The notes under the pieces are model-generated. The model made no database searches. It saw nothing but the letters and a program-made list of their open reading frames with translations, and was not told the DNA's origin. The position numbers and the translations under genes are program-made. A stretch of DNA of 62,448 bases, counting the filler. It is 4 parts of 4 records of this genome, joined end to end, with 100 filler letters (N's around TTAATTAATTAA, not from the genome) between each part and the next. Parts side by side here need not be neighbours in the genome. Positions count along the whole stretch, not along the records: positions 1 to 23,938 come from SRR22947725_2359; positions 24,039 to 30,836 come from SRR22947725_2361; 2 more parts are not named here. One strand, 5' to 3'. This document shows positions 18,614 through 29,484 of this stretch, in pieces. Each line of letters starts with the position of its first letter. Position 1 is the stretch's first letter.

Positions 18614-21460
18614 ATGCCTTTTGAACTGACCACTTATGAAGCCTATGATTTCGCCAACCGTCGACACATCGGCCCATCGCCGTCTGAGATGGAAGAGATG
18701 CTGCGCACCATTGGCTTTGACAGCCTTGATGCATTGATTGATGCGACCGTGCCAAAGGCCATCCGCCAAAAGGCACCGCTTGATTTTGGTCCGGCGATGT
18801 CTGAGCGTGATGCGCTGCATCATATGAAACAAGTGGCCAGTAAAAACCAAGTCCTGACCTCGTTGATTGGTCAGGGCTATCATGGCACCACCACCCCGGC
18901 GCCAATCCTGCGCAATATCTTGGAAAATCCCGCCTGGTACACGGCCTACACGCCCTATCAGCCAGAAATTTCGCAAGGTCGGCTTGAGGCTTTGCTCAAT
19001 TACCAAACTATGGTCAGCGATCTGACCGGGCTGGACATTGCCAACGCCTCTTTGCTCGATGAGAGCACCGCCGCCGCCGAGGCGATGACCATGGCGATGC
19101 GCTCTGCCAAGTCAAAATCACAAACCTTCTTTGTCGATGAAAACTGCCATCCGCAAAATATCGCTGTGATTCAAACCCGGGCGGAGCCTTTGGGGATCGA
19201 GATTGTCGTGGGGTGCCCAGATGACTTGGACGCCAGCGCCGTCTTTGGCGCCATCTTCCAATATCCCGGCACCTATGGCCATGTGCGCGACTTCACATCG
19301 CAAATTACAGCCCTGCATGAGCACAAAGCCTTGGCCATTGTGGCGGCCGATCCTTTGTCTTTGGCGCTGCTCAAAAGCCCCGGCGAGATGGGCGCAGATA
19401 TCGCCATTGGCTCGACCCAACGCTTTGGCGTGCCCATGGGCTATGGCGGGCCACATGCGGCCTATATGGCCACGCGGGACGCCTTTAAACGCTCGATGCC
19501 CGGCCGGATCATTGGCGTCTCAGTGGACAGCCGTGGCAACAAGGCGCTACGCTTGGCGCTGCAAACCCGCGAGCAGCACATTCGGCGCGAGAAAGCCAAT
19601 TCCAATGTCTGCACCGCGCAAGCGCTCCTGGCGGTGATTGCCTCCATGTATGCGGTCTATCATGGGCCGGACGGCATCAAAGCCATTGCCCAATCGGTCC
19701 ACCGCAAAACCAGCCGTCTGGCCAAAGGGCTCGAGGCCATGGGCTTTGACGTGCAACCTGAGGTTTTCTTCGACACGATCACCGTAAAAGTTGGCAATCT
19801 GCAAGGGGTGATCCTACAGGCGGCAGTGGCCAATGGCATCAACCTGCGCAAGATCGGCGCGGACCGTGTCGGCATCAGCCTGGATGAGCAAACCCGCCCA
19901 GAAACCATTGAGGCGGTATGGCGCGCCTTTGGCGGCGATATGAAAGATGACAGCAAGGCCAATCGTGCCTATCGCCTGCCCGATTCCATGCTGCGCGAAA
20001 GCGCCTATCTCACCCATCCCATTTTCCACCTCAACCGCGCTGAAGCGGAAATCACCCGCTATATGCGCCGCTTAGCAGACCGCGATTTGGCGCTGGATCG
20101 CGCCATGATTCCGCTGGGCAGCTGTACGATGAAGCTCAATGCCACCATTGAGATGATCCCGGTAACTTGGCCAGAATTTGCCAATTTGCACCCTTTCGTG
20201 CCTGTCGATCAAGCGCGCGGCTATCATGAGATGTTTGAGGATCTGAATGCCAAGCTTTGCGACATCACCGGCTATGACGCCATCAGCCAGCAGCCCAATT
20301 CCGGCGCGCAGGGTGAATATGCCGGCCTGTTGACCATCCGCAAATACCACGCGGCCAATGGGCAAGGGCATCGCAATGTCTGTTTGATCCCCACATCCGC
20401 CCATGGAACCAACCCAGCCTCTGCGCAAATGGTTGGCTACAAGGTTGTGGTGGTTGGATCGGATGCCGATGGCAATATCGATGTCGCTGATTTCCGCGCC
20501 AAGGCCGAGCTGCACAGCGATGCCCTGGCTGCCTGTATGATTACCTATCCCTCAACCCATGGGGTCTTTGAGGAAACTGTGCAAGAGGTGTGCAAAATCA
20601 CCCATGATCACGGCGGTCAGGTCTATATCGATGGGGCCAATATGAACGCCATGGTCGGCCTGTCGCGTCCGGGCGACATTGGCGGTGATGTCTCACACCT
20701 CAATCTGCACAAGACCTTCTGCATTCCCCATGGCGGAGGCGGGCCGGGCATGGGCCCAATCGGTGTAAAAGCCCATTTGGCCGCGTATTTGCCCGGGCAC
20801 CCGGAATATGGCAGCGACGTTGGGCCCGTATCGGCTGCGCCTTTTGGCTCTCCCTCCATTCTGCCGGTCAGCTGGGCCTATATCCTGCTGATGGGCGGCG
20901 CAGGCCTCACCCAGGCAACGAAAGTGGCGATTTTAAACGCCAATTACATTGCTGCGCGTCTGGAAGGCGCCTTTGACATTCTCTACACCTCCAAAACAGG
21001 GCGCGTGGCGCATGAATGTATCATCGACACAAGACCGCTCAATGAGGCGGCAGATGTCACCGTGGATGACTGTGCCAAACGCCTAATGGATAGCGGTTTT
21101 CATGCACCCACCATGAGCTGGCCTGTCGCCGGCACGTTGATGGTCGAGCCCACAGAATCCGAGCCCAAAGCCGAGTTGGATCGCTTCTGTGATGCCATGC
21201 TCTCGATTAGAGCAGAAGCGCAGGAGATTATTGATGGCACAATGGATCGCATCAATAACCCACTGAAAAATGCGCCGCATACGGTGACGGATTTGATCGA
21301 AACCTGGGACCGGCCCTACAGCCGTGAGCAAGCTTGCTATCCCGCGGGCGCGATGCGGGGCGACAAATATTGGGTGCCCGTGAACCGTGTGGACAATGTG
21401 CATGGTGATCGCCACCTGATCTGCACCTGCCCGCCTTTGGAGGCCTATGAAGAGGCCTGA
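18614..21460 (+). CDS. gcvP: Glycine dehydrogenase (decarboxylating)
   Basis: [38 protein letters not shown] motif; 948 aa. Confidence 0.98.
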   Translation: MPFELTTYEAYDFANRRHIGPSPSEMEEMLRTIGFDSLDALIDATVPKAIRQKAPLDFGPAMSERDALHHMKQVASKNQVLTSLIGQGYHGTTTPAPILRNILENPAWYTAYTPYQPEISQGRLEALLNYQTMVSDLTGLDIANASLLDESTAAAEAMTMAMRSAKSKSQTFFVDENCHPQNIAVIQTRAEPLGIEIVVGCPDDLDASAVFGAIFQYPGTYGHVRDFTSQITALHEHKALAIVAADPLSLALLKSPGEMGADIAIGSTQRFGVPMGYGGPHAAYMATRDAFKRSMPGRIIGVSVDSRGNKALRLALQTREQHIRREKANSNVCTAQALLAVIASMYAVYHGPDGIKAIAQSVHRKTSRLAKGLEAMGFDVQPEVFFDTITVKVGNLQGVILQAAVANGINLRKIGADRVGISLDEQTRPETIEAVWRAFGGDMKDDSKANRAYRLPDSMLRESAYLTHPIFHLNRAEAEITRYMRRLADRDLALDRAMIPLGSCTMKLNATIEMIPVTWPEFANLHPFVPVDQARGYHEMFEDLNAKLCDITGYDAISQQPNSGAQGEYAGLLTIRKYHAANGQGHRNVCLIPTSAHGTNPASAQMVGYKVVVVGSDADGNIDVADFRAKAELHSDALAACMITYPSTHGVFEETVQEVCKITHDHGGQVYIDGANMNAMVGLSRPGDIGGDVSHLNLHKTFCIPHGGGGPGMGPIGVKAHLAAYLPGHPEYGSDVGPVSAAPFGSPSILPVSWAYILLMGGAGLTQATKVAILNANYIAARLEGAFDILYTSKTGRVAHECIIDTRPLNEAADVTVDDCAKRLMDSGFHAPTMSWPVAGTLMVEPTESEPKAELDRFCDAMLSIRAEAQEIIDGTMDRINNPLKNAPHTVTDLIETWDRPYSREQACYPAGAMRGDKYWVPVNRVDNVHGDRHLICTCPPLEAYEEA

Positions 21461-22695
21461 TAGCGGGCCGGGTCAAAGGCGGATAAATCGGCATTGTTGG
21501 GATGATTGCTGACCATATCGGCAATCAACCGCCCTGTTTTCGGTCCAGCCGTCAGCCCGACATGCTGATGGCCGAAAGCCACATGGCCATTGCCAATCGC
21601 ACGGGCTGGCCCAATGAGCGGAAGGCTGTCCGTGGTGGCCGGCCTGCGCCCCATCCATTCGCTCATGTGATCATAGCTCAATTCGGGAAACAGCGCCGCA
21701 ATCTGGCGTTTGATAAACTCCAGTGGCCCCGCCTGCGCCGGCGCCTCGGTGCTGGCAAATTCCACCACCCCCGCACATCGGATGCGCCCTTCCATTGGGG
21801 TCACAACAAATTTGCCGGCCGCAACCATCATCGGCGCTTTGGGCATGGCGCTGGGATTGTGCAGCTCAATGTGATAGCCGCGCTCGCTTTCCAAAGCCAA
21901 GCGCTTGATCCCAAGCTTTTTTGCCATCTTGCCCGACCAAGCCCCCATGGCCAAAACAATATGATCGCCAGCCACCGGGCCCTGATCTGTGATCAAGGCC
22001 TTATAAATGCCATCCTGCACCTCGATATCGTCAATTTGCGCCGCAAGCACCGTGCCGCCTTCTGCTTGAAAATGGGCCAAAAGCGCGGCCAGATAAGCCC
22101 CCGGGTCTGAAATTCGGCCACTATTCTTATAACAGACCACTTTGGCGAATTGAGTGCTGTAGAGCGGATCTCTTGCGCCATAGGCCGCCCCATCAAGCGC
22201 CTCGATCTCATAGCCATGCGCCCGGCGCAGGGTCCGGCCCGGAGCGTCTGCCAGATAGCTGGCCTCTGTGGCATAGCCAAAACAAAAATCCTCATCGCTG
22301 ATAAACCGCTCGGCTCCGGTCCCCTTGGCCAGCGATTGATGCTGGGCATGGCTATCGGACAAAAGATAAGACAGGGCCCGAGCAGAATGTGCGACATGAT
22401 CTGTGCGCGCAAAGCTGAGATATTTCAACAAGAAAGGCAACAGACGTGGCAGATAGCGCCATTGCAAAAAGAGGGGTTCGTCGCGGCTGAACAACATTTT
22501 TGGCAGTTTGCGCGCCAATCCAGGCACAGGCACCGGCAGAATCGCGCCCGCCGCCAAAACGCCGGCATTGCCGTAACTGGTGCGCAGCGCGCCATCCATG
22601 CGATCGACAAGCGTGACCTCATGGCCCGCCCGTTGCAGCCAAATAGCCGAAGAAACGCCAACGATACCGGCGCCGGCAATCACAACATGAGCCAT
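21445..22695 (-). CDS. FAD-dependent D-amino acid dehydrogenase/oxidase family protein
   Basis: [41 protein letters not shown]; start ATG 22695; overlaps the gcvP end convergently by 16 bp. Confidence 0.9.
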   Translation of the reverse strand: MAHVVIAGAGIVGVSSAIWLQRAGHEVTLVDRMDGALRTSYGNAGVLAAGAILPVPVPGLARKLPKMLFSRDEPLFLQWRYLPRLLPFLLKYLSFARTDHVAHSARALSYLLSDSHAQHQSLAKGTGAERFISDEDFCFGYATEASYLADAPGRTLRRAHGYEIEALDGAAYGARDPLYSTQFAKVVCYKNSGRISDPGAYLAALLAHFQAEGGTVLAAQIDDIEVQDGIYKALITDQGPVAGDHIVLAMGAWSGKMAKKLGIKRLALESERGYHIELHNPSAMPKAPMMVAAGKFVVTPMEGRIRCAGVVEFASTEAPAQAGPLEFIKRQIAALFPELSYDHMSEWMGRRPATTDSLPLIGPARAIGNGHVAFGHQHVGLTAGPKTGRLIADMVSNHPNNADLSAFDPARYQASS

Positions 22696-22861
22696 GGTAT
22701 GTACCTTCATTCTGATCGGAGCCAAACTGTCAGGGCCAAAAGCCGCAAGACCGCCCTTCGTAAACGCCCCGCCACAAGTCATATCGAATAGAAATCTTGA
22801 AGCAAACAAAAAGCTAGTTTAACGTTTCTGTCACGGCGGTTTGCCGACAAGGAGATAAATT

Positions 22862-23905
22862 ATGAACCTGAAGAAAATTCTGCTGGCCACAACGGCCGCA
22901 ACGCTTGTCAGTGGCGCCGCTATGGCGGCCGATGACGGCCTGGTTGTTCTCGATTGGTCTGGCTATGAAGACGAAGGATTCTTCCAGAAATATATCGCAC
23001 AGCATGGCGATGCGCCAACCTACTCCTTCTTTGGTGAGGAAGAGGAAGCTTTCCAGAAACTGCGTGCGGGTTTCAGAGCGGATGTCTCACACCCGTGCAG
23101 CCAATCTGTATCAAAATGGTTAGAAGCCGGCCTACTTGAGCCGCTTGATACTTCACGGATTGACCTTTGGGATGATGTGAACGCGGAGATGAAAGAAGCC
23201 TTCAAATTTGATGGCGCATATTACCTTTTGCCGATGGATTGGGGCACAACGGCTTTGACCTATCGTACGGATATGGTCGATATGGCGAAAATGGACAGCC
23301 TGGCTGTTTTCCTTGATCCCGCCTACGCAGGCCGGATTGCTTTGCCAGACAACGTCGATGATATCTACGCCTTGGGCTATTTGGCCAATGGCGTCACCGA
23401 TTGGACCAAAGCCACCGATGCCGATTTCGAAGCCGCCTCTGCTTGGCTGCGCCTAGCGCACCAAAACGTGCGGGCCTATTGGGCCGATGGCGCGGAGTTG
23501 GCGCAACTGATGGGCAGCGGTGAGGTTGTTGTCTCTTGGGCCTGGAGCGAAACGCCTGCAACCATGGCCGCCGAGGGCCTGCCGGTTGAAGCCAACCGCT
23601 CCACAAAGGAAGGCTCTTCAAGCTGGTTCTGCGGCTATGTGAATTTGGCAAATGGACCCAACCCAGAAGACAAAATGTATGACTTCTTCAACGCATGGAT
23701 GGACCCCGGCTCGGCGGAATATATCGTTTCGGAATGGGGCTATGGCCACGGCAACCAAACAGCCATGGCGGCCATTGGCGCCGAAGGTCTGGCCGAGGCC
23801 GGCCTTGGCCCAGTGGAGGTCCCAGTCCTGGCGCAGGTGCCAATGAACCAAACATTGCGTGAAAAAATGATCGCTGAATTCGAGAAGATCAAAGCGGGCT
23901 TCTAA
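22862..23905 (+). CDS. ABC transporter substrate-binding protein, PotD/PotF-like
   Basis: Signal peptide, DWSGY, LPMDWG, WAWSE; AGGAG RBS. Confidence 0.85.
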   Translation: MNLKKILLATTAATLVSGAAMAADDGLVVLDWSGYEDEGFFQKYIAQHGDAPTYSFFGEEEEAFQKLRAGFRADVSHPCSQSVSKWLEAGLLEPLDTSRIDLWDDVNAEMKEAFKFDGAYYLLPMDWGTTALTYRTDMVDMAKMDSLAVFLDPAYAGRIALPDNVDDIYALGYLANGVTDWTKATDADFEAASAWLRLAHQNVRAYWADGAELAQLMGSGEVVVSWAWSETPATMAAEGLPVEANRSTKEGSSSWFCGYVNLANGPNPEDKMYDFFNAWMDPGSAEYIVSEWGYGHGNQTAMAAIGAEGLAEAGLGPVEVPVLAQVPMNQTLREKMIAEFEKIKAGF

Positions 23906-23913
23906 AAGACTTG

Positions 23914-23933
23914 GCCCGGTGGCAACACCGGGC
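23914..23933 (+). terminator. Hairpin after the binding-protein gene
   Basis: GCCCGGTG-gcaa-CACCGGGC perfect 8-bp stem with GNRA loop; the contig ends shortly after. Confidence 0.6.
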
Positions 23934-23938
23934 TGCGC

Positions 23939-24038
23939 NNNNNNNNNNNNNNNNNNNNNNNNNNNNNNNNNNNNNNNNNNNNTTAATTAATTAANNNNNN
24001 NNNNNNNNNNNNNNNNNNNNNNNNNNNNNNNNNNNNNN
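23939..24038. other. Artificial contig-join spacer
   Basis: N44-TTAATTAATTAA-N44, giving stops in all frames. Confidence 0.99.
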
Positions 24039-24264
24039 ATGTTGTGATCGAGGGTCATACATCGCTTGTTTTGATAGATCCAACATGATCAATATGATCG
24101 CCCAGCCCTGCCAGCAGGCGCAAAACCGTTGTTTTGCCCACGCCAGAGGCGCCAAGAAGGCAGGTCCATTTCCCCGCGGCAATATCAAGATCAAGCGGAT
24201 CAAAAATAGACGTTCCGGCAATTGCGGCACTGCCATGAAAATGCAACGCCGGGCTGTTGGACAT
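24039..24264 (-). CDS. ABC transporter ATP-binding protein (ThiZ-like), N-terminal fragment
   Basis: MSNSPALHF...LLGASGVGKTT Walker A; apparent 1-nt frameshift near the contig end. Confidence 0.8.
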
Positions 24265-24317
24265 GAATGCCCCCTGCCCCATTTTTTGCATCTCGGCCAA
24301 TTTTGCCCTGCTGCCTG

Positions 24318-24992
24318 TCACCTGTTAAGCCCCATTTGCCAAAAGCCGGCCTCAAGCCTTGTGGCTGTGGCAAAACGCTGGCAAAGCCCAGCCCAACGCG
24401 GACTTTTTGTCGGTTGATCACCAAGCCGGCGTAAAACCGCATTATCAATCAATGTTCCTACATCGCGGCAAACCTGCTGATAATCCTCGCCACCATAGGT
24501 TTTGATCCAATCAGCATAGGTGGCGTCATGATGTGCGGCCAGCAGCCTTGCGCCAATTTCACCATAACCAAGAACGCAAGGTGCCAAGGCAGCCATCAGA
24601 TCCAGAAAATCACCTGAATGGCCAGCATCAAGAACATAGCGCGTATAGGCCAGATTGGCGGTTTCTTCGGTGGCGGAAAATAATGTGGCCTCGTCAATGC
24701 CTGCCGCGGCGCAAATGCGGATATGCAAACCGATCTCGTCATTGACAAGCGCATTCACTGTCGCCGCGCAGGCGCGCATTTCAGCAACATCATCGGCCTT
24801 GGTAACGGCAAGCGCCCATGCCCGGGAAAAATGGATCAAAAACAGATAATCTTGAACCAGATAATGCAGAAAGGCCGATTTGGGCAGCCTGCCACTGCCC
24901 AAATCAGTTACAAATTCATGGCAAACATAATCGTGCCATGCTGTCCTTGCTGCCTTACGCCAAGCGGCAAAGCTATGACCATATTCCGTCAT
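24318..24992 (-). CDS. tenA: Thiaminase II / aminopyrimidine aminohydrolase TenA
   Basis: YLVQDYLFL, LAPCVLGYGEIG (catalytic Cys kept), WIKTY, EAGFWQMG. Confidence 0.93.
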   Translation of the reverse strand: MTEYGHSFAAWRKAARTAWHDYVCHEFVTDLGSGRLPKSAFLHYLVQDYLFLIHFSRAWALAVTKADDVAEMRACAATVNALVNDEIGLHIRICAAAGIDEATLFSATEETANLAYTRYVLDAGHSGDFLDLMAALAPCVLGYGEIGARLLAAHHDATYADWIKTYGGEDYQQVCRDVGTLIDNAVLRRLGDQPTKSPRWAGLCQRFATATRLEAGFWQMGLNR

Positions 24993-25927
24993 TGTGCCCC
25001 CAGATCAATCGCCAGTTCCGATACAGGACGAATATCCTTTAACAGACCCGCCTCTTTCAAAAAGCTTTCAAAGCGGCTGTAACGGCCTTCATCCAATGCC
25101 TCGGGACGCAAGGCAAAGCGTGGCAGAGTGTCTTTCCATGCGCGGGCATTCAATTCATCGTCCAATTCCTTGGCGGTGCCTTTGAAAATTTCCCAGCTTT
25201 CCTGCGGATGATTAACGATGAATTGCGTTGCAAGCTCGGTTGCCTGCAAGAAACGGCGGACAACATCCTTATTCATACGATCGGGATTGGCGACATAGAT
25301 CAATTCGTCATATGCCGGAAGACCTTCTTCTTCAAGATAGAAACAACGTCCCGGAACCCCTTCGATATCCATCTGATTTAATTCAAAATTGCGAAAGGCG
25401 CCGATCACTGCATCAACCTGTCCTGACATTAATGATGGCGACAAGGACCAGTTCACATTCACCAGTTCAATATCCGTCATCGACAGGCCGTTCCGTGCCA
25501 AAATCGTTGTCAACAGGGCTTCTTCAACACCAGCAACGGAAAATCCAACCTTTTTTCCTTTTAGATCAGCAATGGATTTGATCTTGCCGTCTTTTAGCAC
25601 TAGCAGACAATTTAGCGGTGTCGCTACCAAGGTTCCAACCCGAACAAGGGGCATGCCCTCGGCAACTTGAAGATGCAATTGCGGCTGATAGGAAACGGCT
25701 AGATCAGCCTTTCCAGCTGCCACCATTTTTGGCGGATCAGCTGGATCGGCCGGCGCGATCACCTCAACCTCAAGGCCGGCATCGGCAAAATAACCCTTTT
25801 CCTGAGCAATGATAATTGGCCCATGATCAGGGTTGATAAACCAATCCAGCAAAAGCGTTATCCGATCTTGCGCCTGCAACGGTGTGCTTAGCAATAAACA
25901 AAATAAAACAATAAGATACTTTTTCAT
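24989..25927 (-). CDS. thiY: NMT1/THI5-family ABC substrate-binding protein (HMP/FAMP uptake, ThiY-like)
   Basis: Signal peptide MKKYLIVLF, LLDWFINPDHGP, AVSYQPQ, GAFRNFE, PAYDEL. Confidence 0.85.
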   Translation of the reverse strand: MKKYLIVLFCLLLSTPLQAQDRITLLLDWFINPDHGPIIIAQEKGYFADAGLEVEVIAPADPADPPKMVAAGKADLAVSYQPQLHLQVAEGMPLVRVGTLVATPLNCLLVLKDGKIKSIADLKGKKVGFSVAGVEEALLTTILARNGLSMTDIELVNVNWSLSPSLMSGQVDAVIGAFRNFELNQMDIEGVPGRCFYLEEEGLPAYDELIYVANPDRMNKDVVRRFLQATELATQFIVNHPQESWEIFKGTAKELDDELNARAWKDTLPRFALRPEALDEGRYSRFESFLKEAGLLKDIRPVSELAIDLGAQ

Positions 25928-25929
25928 CT

Positions 25930-26913
25930 TCAACCTCTTTTTTGCATGAAATTTGGATCGCCAGCCGCGATCAGTGAAATGGATCCAGACCAGAATCCGG
26001 AAAGCTTTTCTGCCGCGGCCCATGCACGTTGGCCAGACCGACAGCAAAAGACAACATGTCCAACGCCCGTAAGCGGTAAATCGGGTGTGATCTGATCAAG
26101 GCCAAGCCGCTGCGCATCAGCCGTGATCAAATCAGCCTCACCCGCGGCGCGCAAATCAATGACAAGATCACCACTTTTTATTTGTTGCGAGCTGATAAAT
26201 GCCAGCGAGGCATCGGGTTCTTCGACCTCATCAAAGCGGAACCCACCAAACCGGTTTCCAATGGCGTCATAAGTCACAAGCTGGCCAAGTGGTGATGAGA
26301 GTTGTTTCGTGATCACAGCAAGCGTCATTTGCGCCTGAAGCGATCCTATAATGCCAACAATTGGCCCCAAAACACCATCTTCAGCACAGCTTCCAAACCG
26401 TTGTGGCAGATCAGGGAAAACCGCACGAAGGCTTGGCGCCTTATAACAAAACCCGCCAACATAGCCTGCCGTTCCGACAACTGATGCATGGATCAGTGGT
26501 AACCGGTTTAAGCAATAATCGGAAAGACTATAGCTAACGGCAAAGCTATCGGCACAATCCAGCACCAGATCGACATCACTGGCATATGTTGCAATATTAT
26601 CAGGCGTCAACGGCTCGATGATCGGCGTAATCTGGCAATCAGGATTCAAGCCGCGCATATTTGTTGCAGCCGCAACAGCCTTAGCCAGCCCCAGATCATC
26701 CGTACGGAAAATCGTTTGCCGGTGCATGTTGTTCACACTGACAATATCGTAATCCATTACATTTATATGACCAAGGCCAGCGCCTGCCAGATATTGCAAA
26801 ACAGGGCTTGCCAGCCCCCCAGCCCCAACAACAAGAATTTTGGCCGTAGCCAGTTTTTTCTGACCATCAACCCCAAATTCAGCAACGCTGATCTGTCGGT
26901 CATACCGGTTCAT
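25930..26913 (-). CDS. thiF: ThiF/MoeB adenylyltransferase with C-terminal rhodanese-like domain
   Basis: RYDRQ, VGAGGL, NMHRQ, DCADSF, GSCAEDGVLGP; C-terminal CCRSGQRA. Confidence 0.88.
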   Translation of the reverse strand: MNRYDRQISVAEFGVDGQKKLATAKILVVGAGGLASPVLQYLAGAGLGHINVMDYDIVSVNNMHRQTIFRTDDLGLAKAVAAATNMRGLNPDCQITPIIEPLTPDNIATYASDVDLVLDCADSFAVSYSLSDYCLNRLPLIHASVVGTAGYVGGFCYKAPSLRAVFPDLPQRFGSCAEDGVLGPIVGIIGSLQAQMTLAVITKQLSSPLGQLVTYDAIGNRFGGFRFDEVEEPDASLAFISSQQIKSGDLVIDLRAAGEADLITADAQRLGLDQITPDLPLTGVGHVVFCCRSGQRAWAAAEKLSGFWSGSISLIAAGDPNFMQKRG

Positions 26914-27506
26914 CTTGTTGCCTTTACCCAGCCTTTTAGGCGGTCTTCAGGATTTTCATTCAATGTGATATCGGTCACAACCGACACGATATCAGCACCA
27001 GCTGCATAAACCCCTGCGGCGCGATCAATCGTCATGCCGCCAATGCCGACAAGCGGCAAATCACCAATATGGTTTTTCCATTGCTGAACCCGATCCAGCC
27101 CCTGTTCAACCCATTTCATTTTCTTCAAAATTGTTGGATAAACCGGCCCAAGCGCAACATAATCAGGCTGTTCGGCCAAGGCACGGTCAAGTTCTTCCTC
27201 ATCATGCGTGCTGATGCCTATTTTCAAGCCAGCACGCCGGATTGCCGCCATATCAGCATCGGTAAGATCTTCTTGACCAAGGTGAATCCAGTCACAATCA
27301 AGATCAATCGCCATTTCCCAAAAATCATTCACCACCATGATGGCACCCGCCGCATCGCATAATTGCTTTGATCGTTGCAAGTCCGCGCGGGTTTCATCTG
27401 CTGGCAAATCCTTGATCCGCATTTGCACAAGCTTGACCCCTAATGGCAACATACGCTCCAGCCAGTCAGGATGATCAAAAATGGGGTAGAACCGATCAAG
27501 ATTCAT
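26910..27506 (-). CDS. thiE: Thiamine-phosphate synthase
   Basis: [37 protein letters not shown]. Confidence 0.93.
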   Translation of the reverse strand: MNLDRFYPIFDHPDWLERMLPLGVKLVQMRIKDLPADETRADLQRSKQLCDAAGAIMVVNDFWEMAIDLDCDWIHLGQEDLTDADMAAIRRAGLKIGISTHDEEELDRALAEQPDYVALGPVYPTILKKMKWVEQGLDRVQQWKNHIGDLPLVGIGGMTIDRAAGVYAAGADIVSVVTDITLNENPEDRLKGWVKATR

Positions 27507-28276
27507 TGTAAAAACGCCTTTCCAATTAGCGGGGTAGATGGCGAGGCCATATCGCGCGGATCCATCGGGTCGGCGTTTCTGGCAAGCTTGCCAGCCTCAA
27601 TCGCCTTGGCAAACGCAATGGCCATCGCCACCGGATCACCAGCCTTGGCGACTGCGGTATTCAGCAGCACCGCATCAAACCCCATTTCCATTGCCTGCGC
27701 CGCCTGTGACGGCAGGCCAAGTCCCGCATCAATAACCATTGGCACATCAGGATATTGCGCGCGCAAGCTTCGTAATCCATAGGGGTTAACCAGCCCCAAT
27801 CCGGTCCCAATTGGCGCACCCCACGGCATCAGCACCTCGCAGCCAGCATCAAGAAGCCGGTCAGCAAGAACCAGATCTTCGGTTGTATACGGAAACACTT
27901 TAAACCCGTCACGGCAAAGGCTGGCCGCCGCTTCGACAAGGCCAAACGGATCAGGCTGCAAGCTATCGCTATGGCCGATGACTTCAAGTTTGATCCAGTC
28001 GGTTTCAAATAATTCGCGTGCCATTTTTGCCGTGGTGATCGCCTCGCTTGGCGAATGACAACCGGCGGTATTGGGCAATACATGCACGCCAAGATCGCGA
28101 ATAAGCCGCCAGAACCCCTCGCCTGCCTGTGCACCAGCAGCCTCGCGCCGAACCGAAACCGTCGCAACTGATGCCGCCGACTCGCCAAATGCCGCGCCAA
28201 GAATTGCTGGCGATGGATATTGCGCCGTCCCAAGCATGAAGGCGGTTGGCAATTCAACTCCGTAAAATGCTGTCAC
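27503..28276 (-). CDS. thiG: Thiazole synthase
   Basis: [40 protein letters not shown] start 1 nt after the thiS stop. Confidence 0.95.
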   Translation of the reverse strand: MTAFYGVELPTAFMLGTAQYPSPAILGAAFGESAASVATVSVRREAAGAQAGEGFWRLIRDLGVHVLPNTAGCHSPSEAITTAKMARELFETDWIKLEVIGHSDSLQPDPFGLVEAAASLCRDGFKVFPYTTEDLVLADRLLDAGCEVLMPWGAPIGTGLGLVNPYGLRSLRAQYPDVPMVIDAGLGLPSQAAQAMEMGFDAVLLNTAVAKAGDPVAMAIAFAKAIEAGKLARNADPMDPRDMASPSTPLIGKAFLQ

Positions 28277-28277
28277 A

Positions 28278-28475
28278 TCACCCTCCTTGCCGCGGCGCGA
28301 CAATTTCCAACTGATCACCAGCCTCGATCGGGCATGATTCACGCTGGCCAACCGGAACAAATTGGCCATTCACCGCGGTCGCCACACGCGCATCACCATA
28401 GCCAGCCTCATGCAAAACGGCCGCTAGATTGGTGCTGGTGACGTCTTTTGCCACGCCGTTAATTGAGATTTTCAT
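28278..28475 (-). CDS. thiS: Sulfur carrier protein ThiS
   Basis: 65 aa, MKISINGV...[10 protein letters not shown]...[13 protein letters not shown] with C-terminal GG. Confidence 0.95.
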   Translation of the reverse strand: MKISINGVAKDVTSTNLAAVLHEAGYGDARVATAVNGQFVPVGQRESCPIEAGDQLEIVAPRQGG

Positions 28476-29481
28476 CCATAACCTCTGGAATCTGTCCTGA
28501 AAGAAGATAATCGGCTGCCATCCGCGCCATCGCTGGTGCCAGCAAAAACCCATGCCGAAACAGACCATTGACATAAAGCCGGTCGCCACGGCGTCTGATC
28601 CGCGGTAAATTATCGGGAAAGGCAGGCCGCGCATCGACGCCAATTTCCAATATCTCGGCCTCGCCAAAAGCCGGGTGAAGCGCATAGGCAGAGCTTAGCA
28701 ATTCAAGAACCGAACGCACGCTTGCCGCATGCCGGTTCCCCGATTCAATTTGCGTTGCGCCAAGCATGAAAACACCATCGCCGCGCGGCACAAGATAGAT
28801 CGGAATTCGCGGATGAAGCAACCGCACCGGCCGTGATAAACGAATATCAGCTGACCGGATTACCAGCATTTCACCTTTGACCCCTCGCAAATCATGCATG
28901 GCATCCGATGCTGACAGGCCGCGACAATCAATTTTACGAACCTCGGTTGGTAGCGCTGCTTGATTATCATTATCTGGAAAATCCAGACCATCGGCAGTTT
29001 CAATCGTGATATTGCGGCTTTCTAATTCACCAACAAGACAGGCCAAAGCATCACGCGGTGATAAATGCGCTTCGGTTGGAAAGAACAGGCCGCGCCGCGC
29101 CCGGCCAGCCAAATCAGCCTCTAGGGCCGCCACATCATCAGCATCAACCCATTCATGCTGGTCGGTTCGGCGGGCAAAGCGATCCAATTCGCCACCATCA
29201 CGGCTAAGCGCCAGCACCAACGAGCCATTGCGCTGAACATTCACATTATGACGCTGCCACCATCCAGCGGCTTCTTGACCAAGCCTGACAACCGGCTCTT
29301 CAGCCGCCTCGCTTTCACAAAACGGTGCCAACATGCCACCAGCCCACCATGAACAGCCATGTTCGGCAGGGCGGCCATAGCGGTCAAAAACCCGCAAAGA
29401 AACACCGCGTTCTGCCAATTCAGCAGCAAGGCAAAGTCCGGCAACCCCACCACCAACAATGGTAATCTGTGGTTCCGTCAC
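28459..29481 (-). CDS. thiO: Glycine oxidase ThiO
   Basis: GGGVAG, SWWAGGMLAP, RGVKGE, RPAFPDNLP, NGLFRHGFLL. Confidence 0.92.
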   Translation of the reverse strand: MTEPQITIVGGGVAGLCLAAELAERGVSLRVFDRYGRPAEHGCSWWAGGMLAPFCESEAAEEPVVRLGQEAAGWWQRHNVNVQRNGSLVLALSRDGGELDRFARRTDQHEWVDADDVAALEADLAGRARRGLFFPTEAHLSPRDALACLVGELESRNITIETADGLDFPDNDNQAALPTEVRKIDCRGLSASDAMHDLRGVKGEMLVIRSADIRLSRPVRLLHPRIPIYLVPRGDGVFMLGATQIESGNRHAASVRSVLELLSSAYALHPAFGEAEILEIGVDARPAFPDNLPRIRRRGDRLYVNGLFRHGFLLAPAMARMAADYLLSGQIPEVMDENLN

Positions 29482-29484
29482 GCG

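Noticed and set aside
23983..23994. TTAATTAATTAA palindrome (three copies in the window) as a biological repeat, and ORFs crossing the N-runs
   Set aside because: Assembly or concatenation linker.
24989..25927. THI5-type HMP-P synthase replacing ThiC
   Set aside because: It has a signal peptide, lacks the THI5 CCCxC motif, and sits with tenA and an ABC ATPase, which fits a ThiY-type binding protein.
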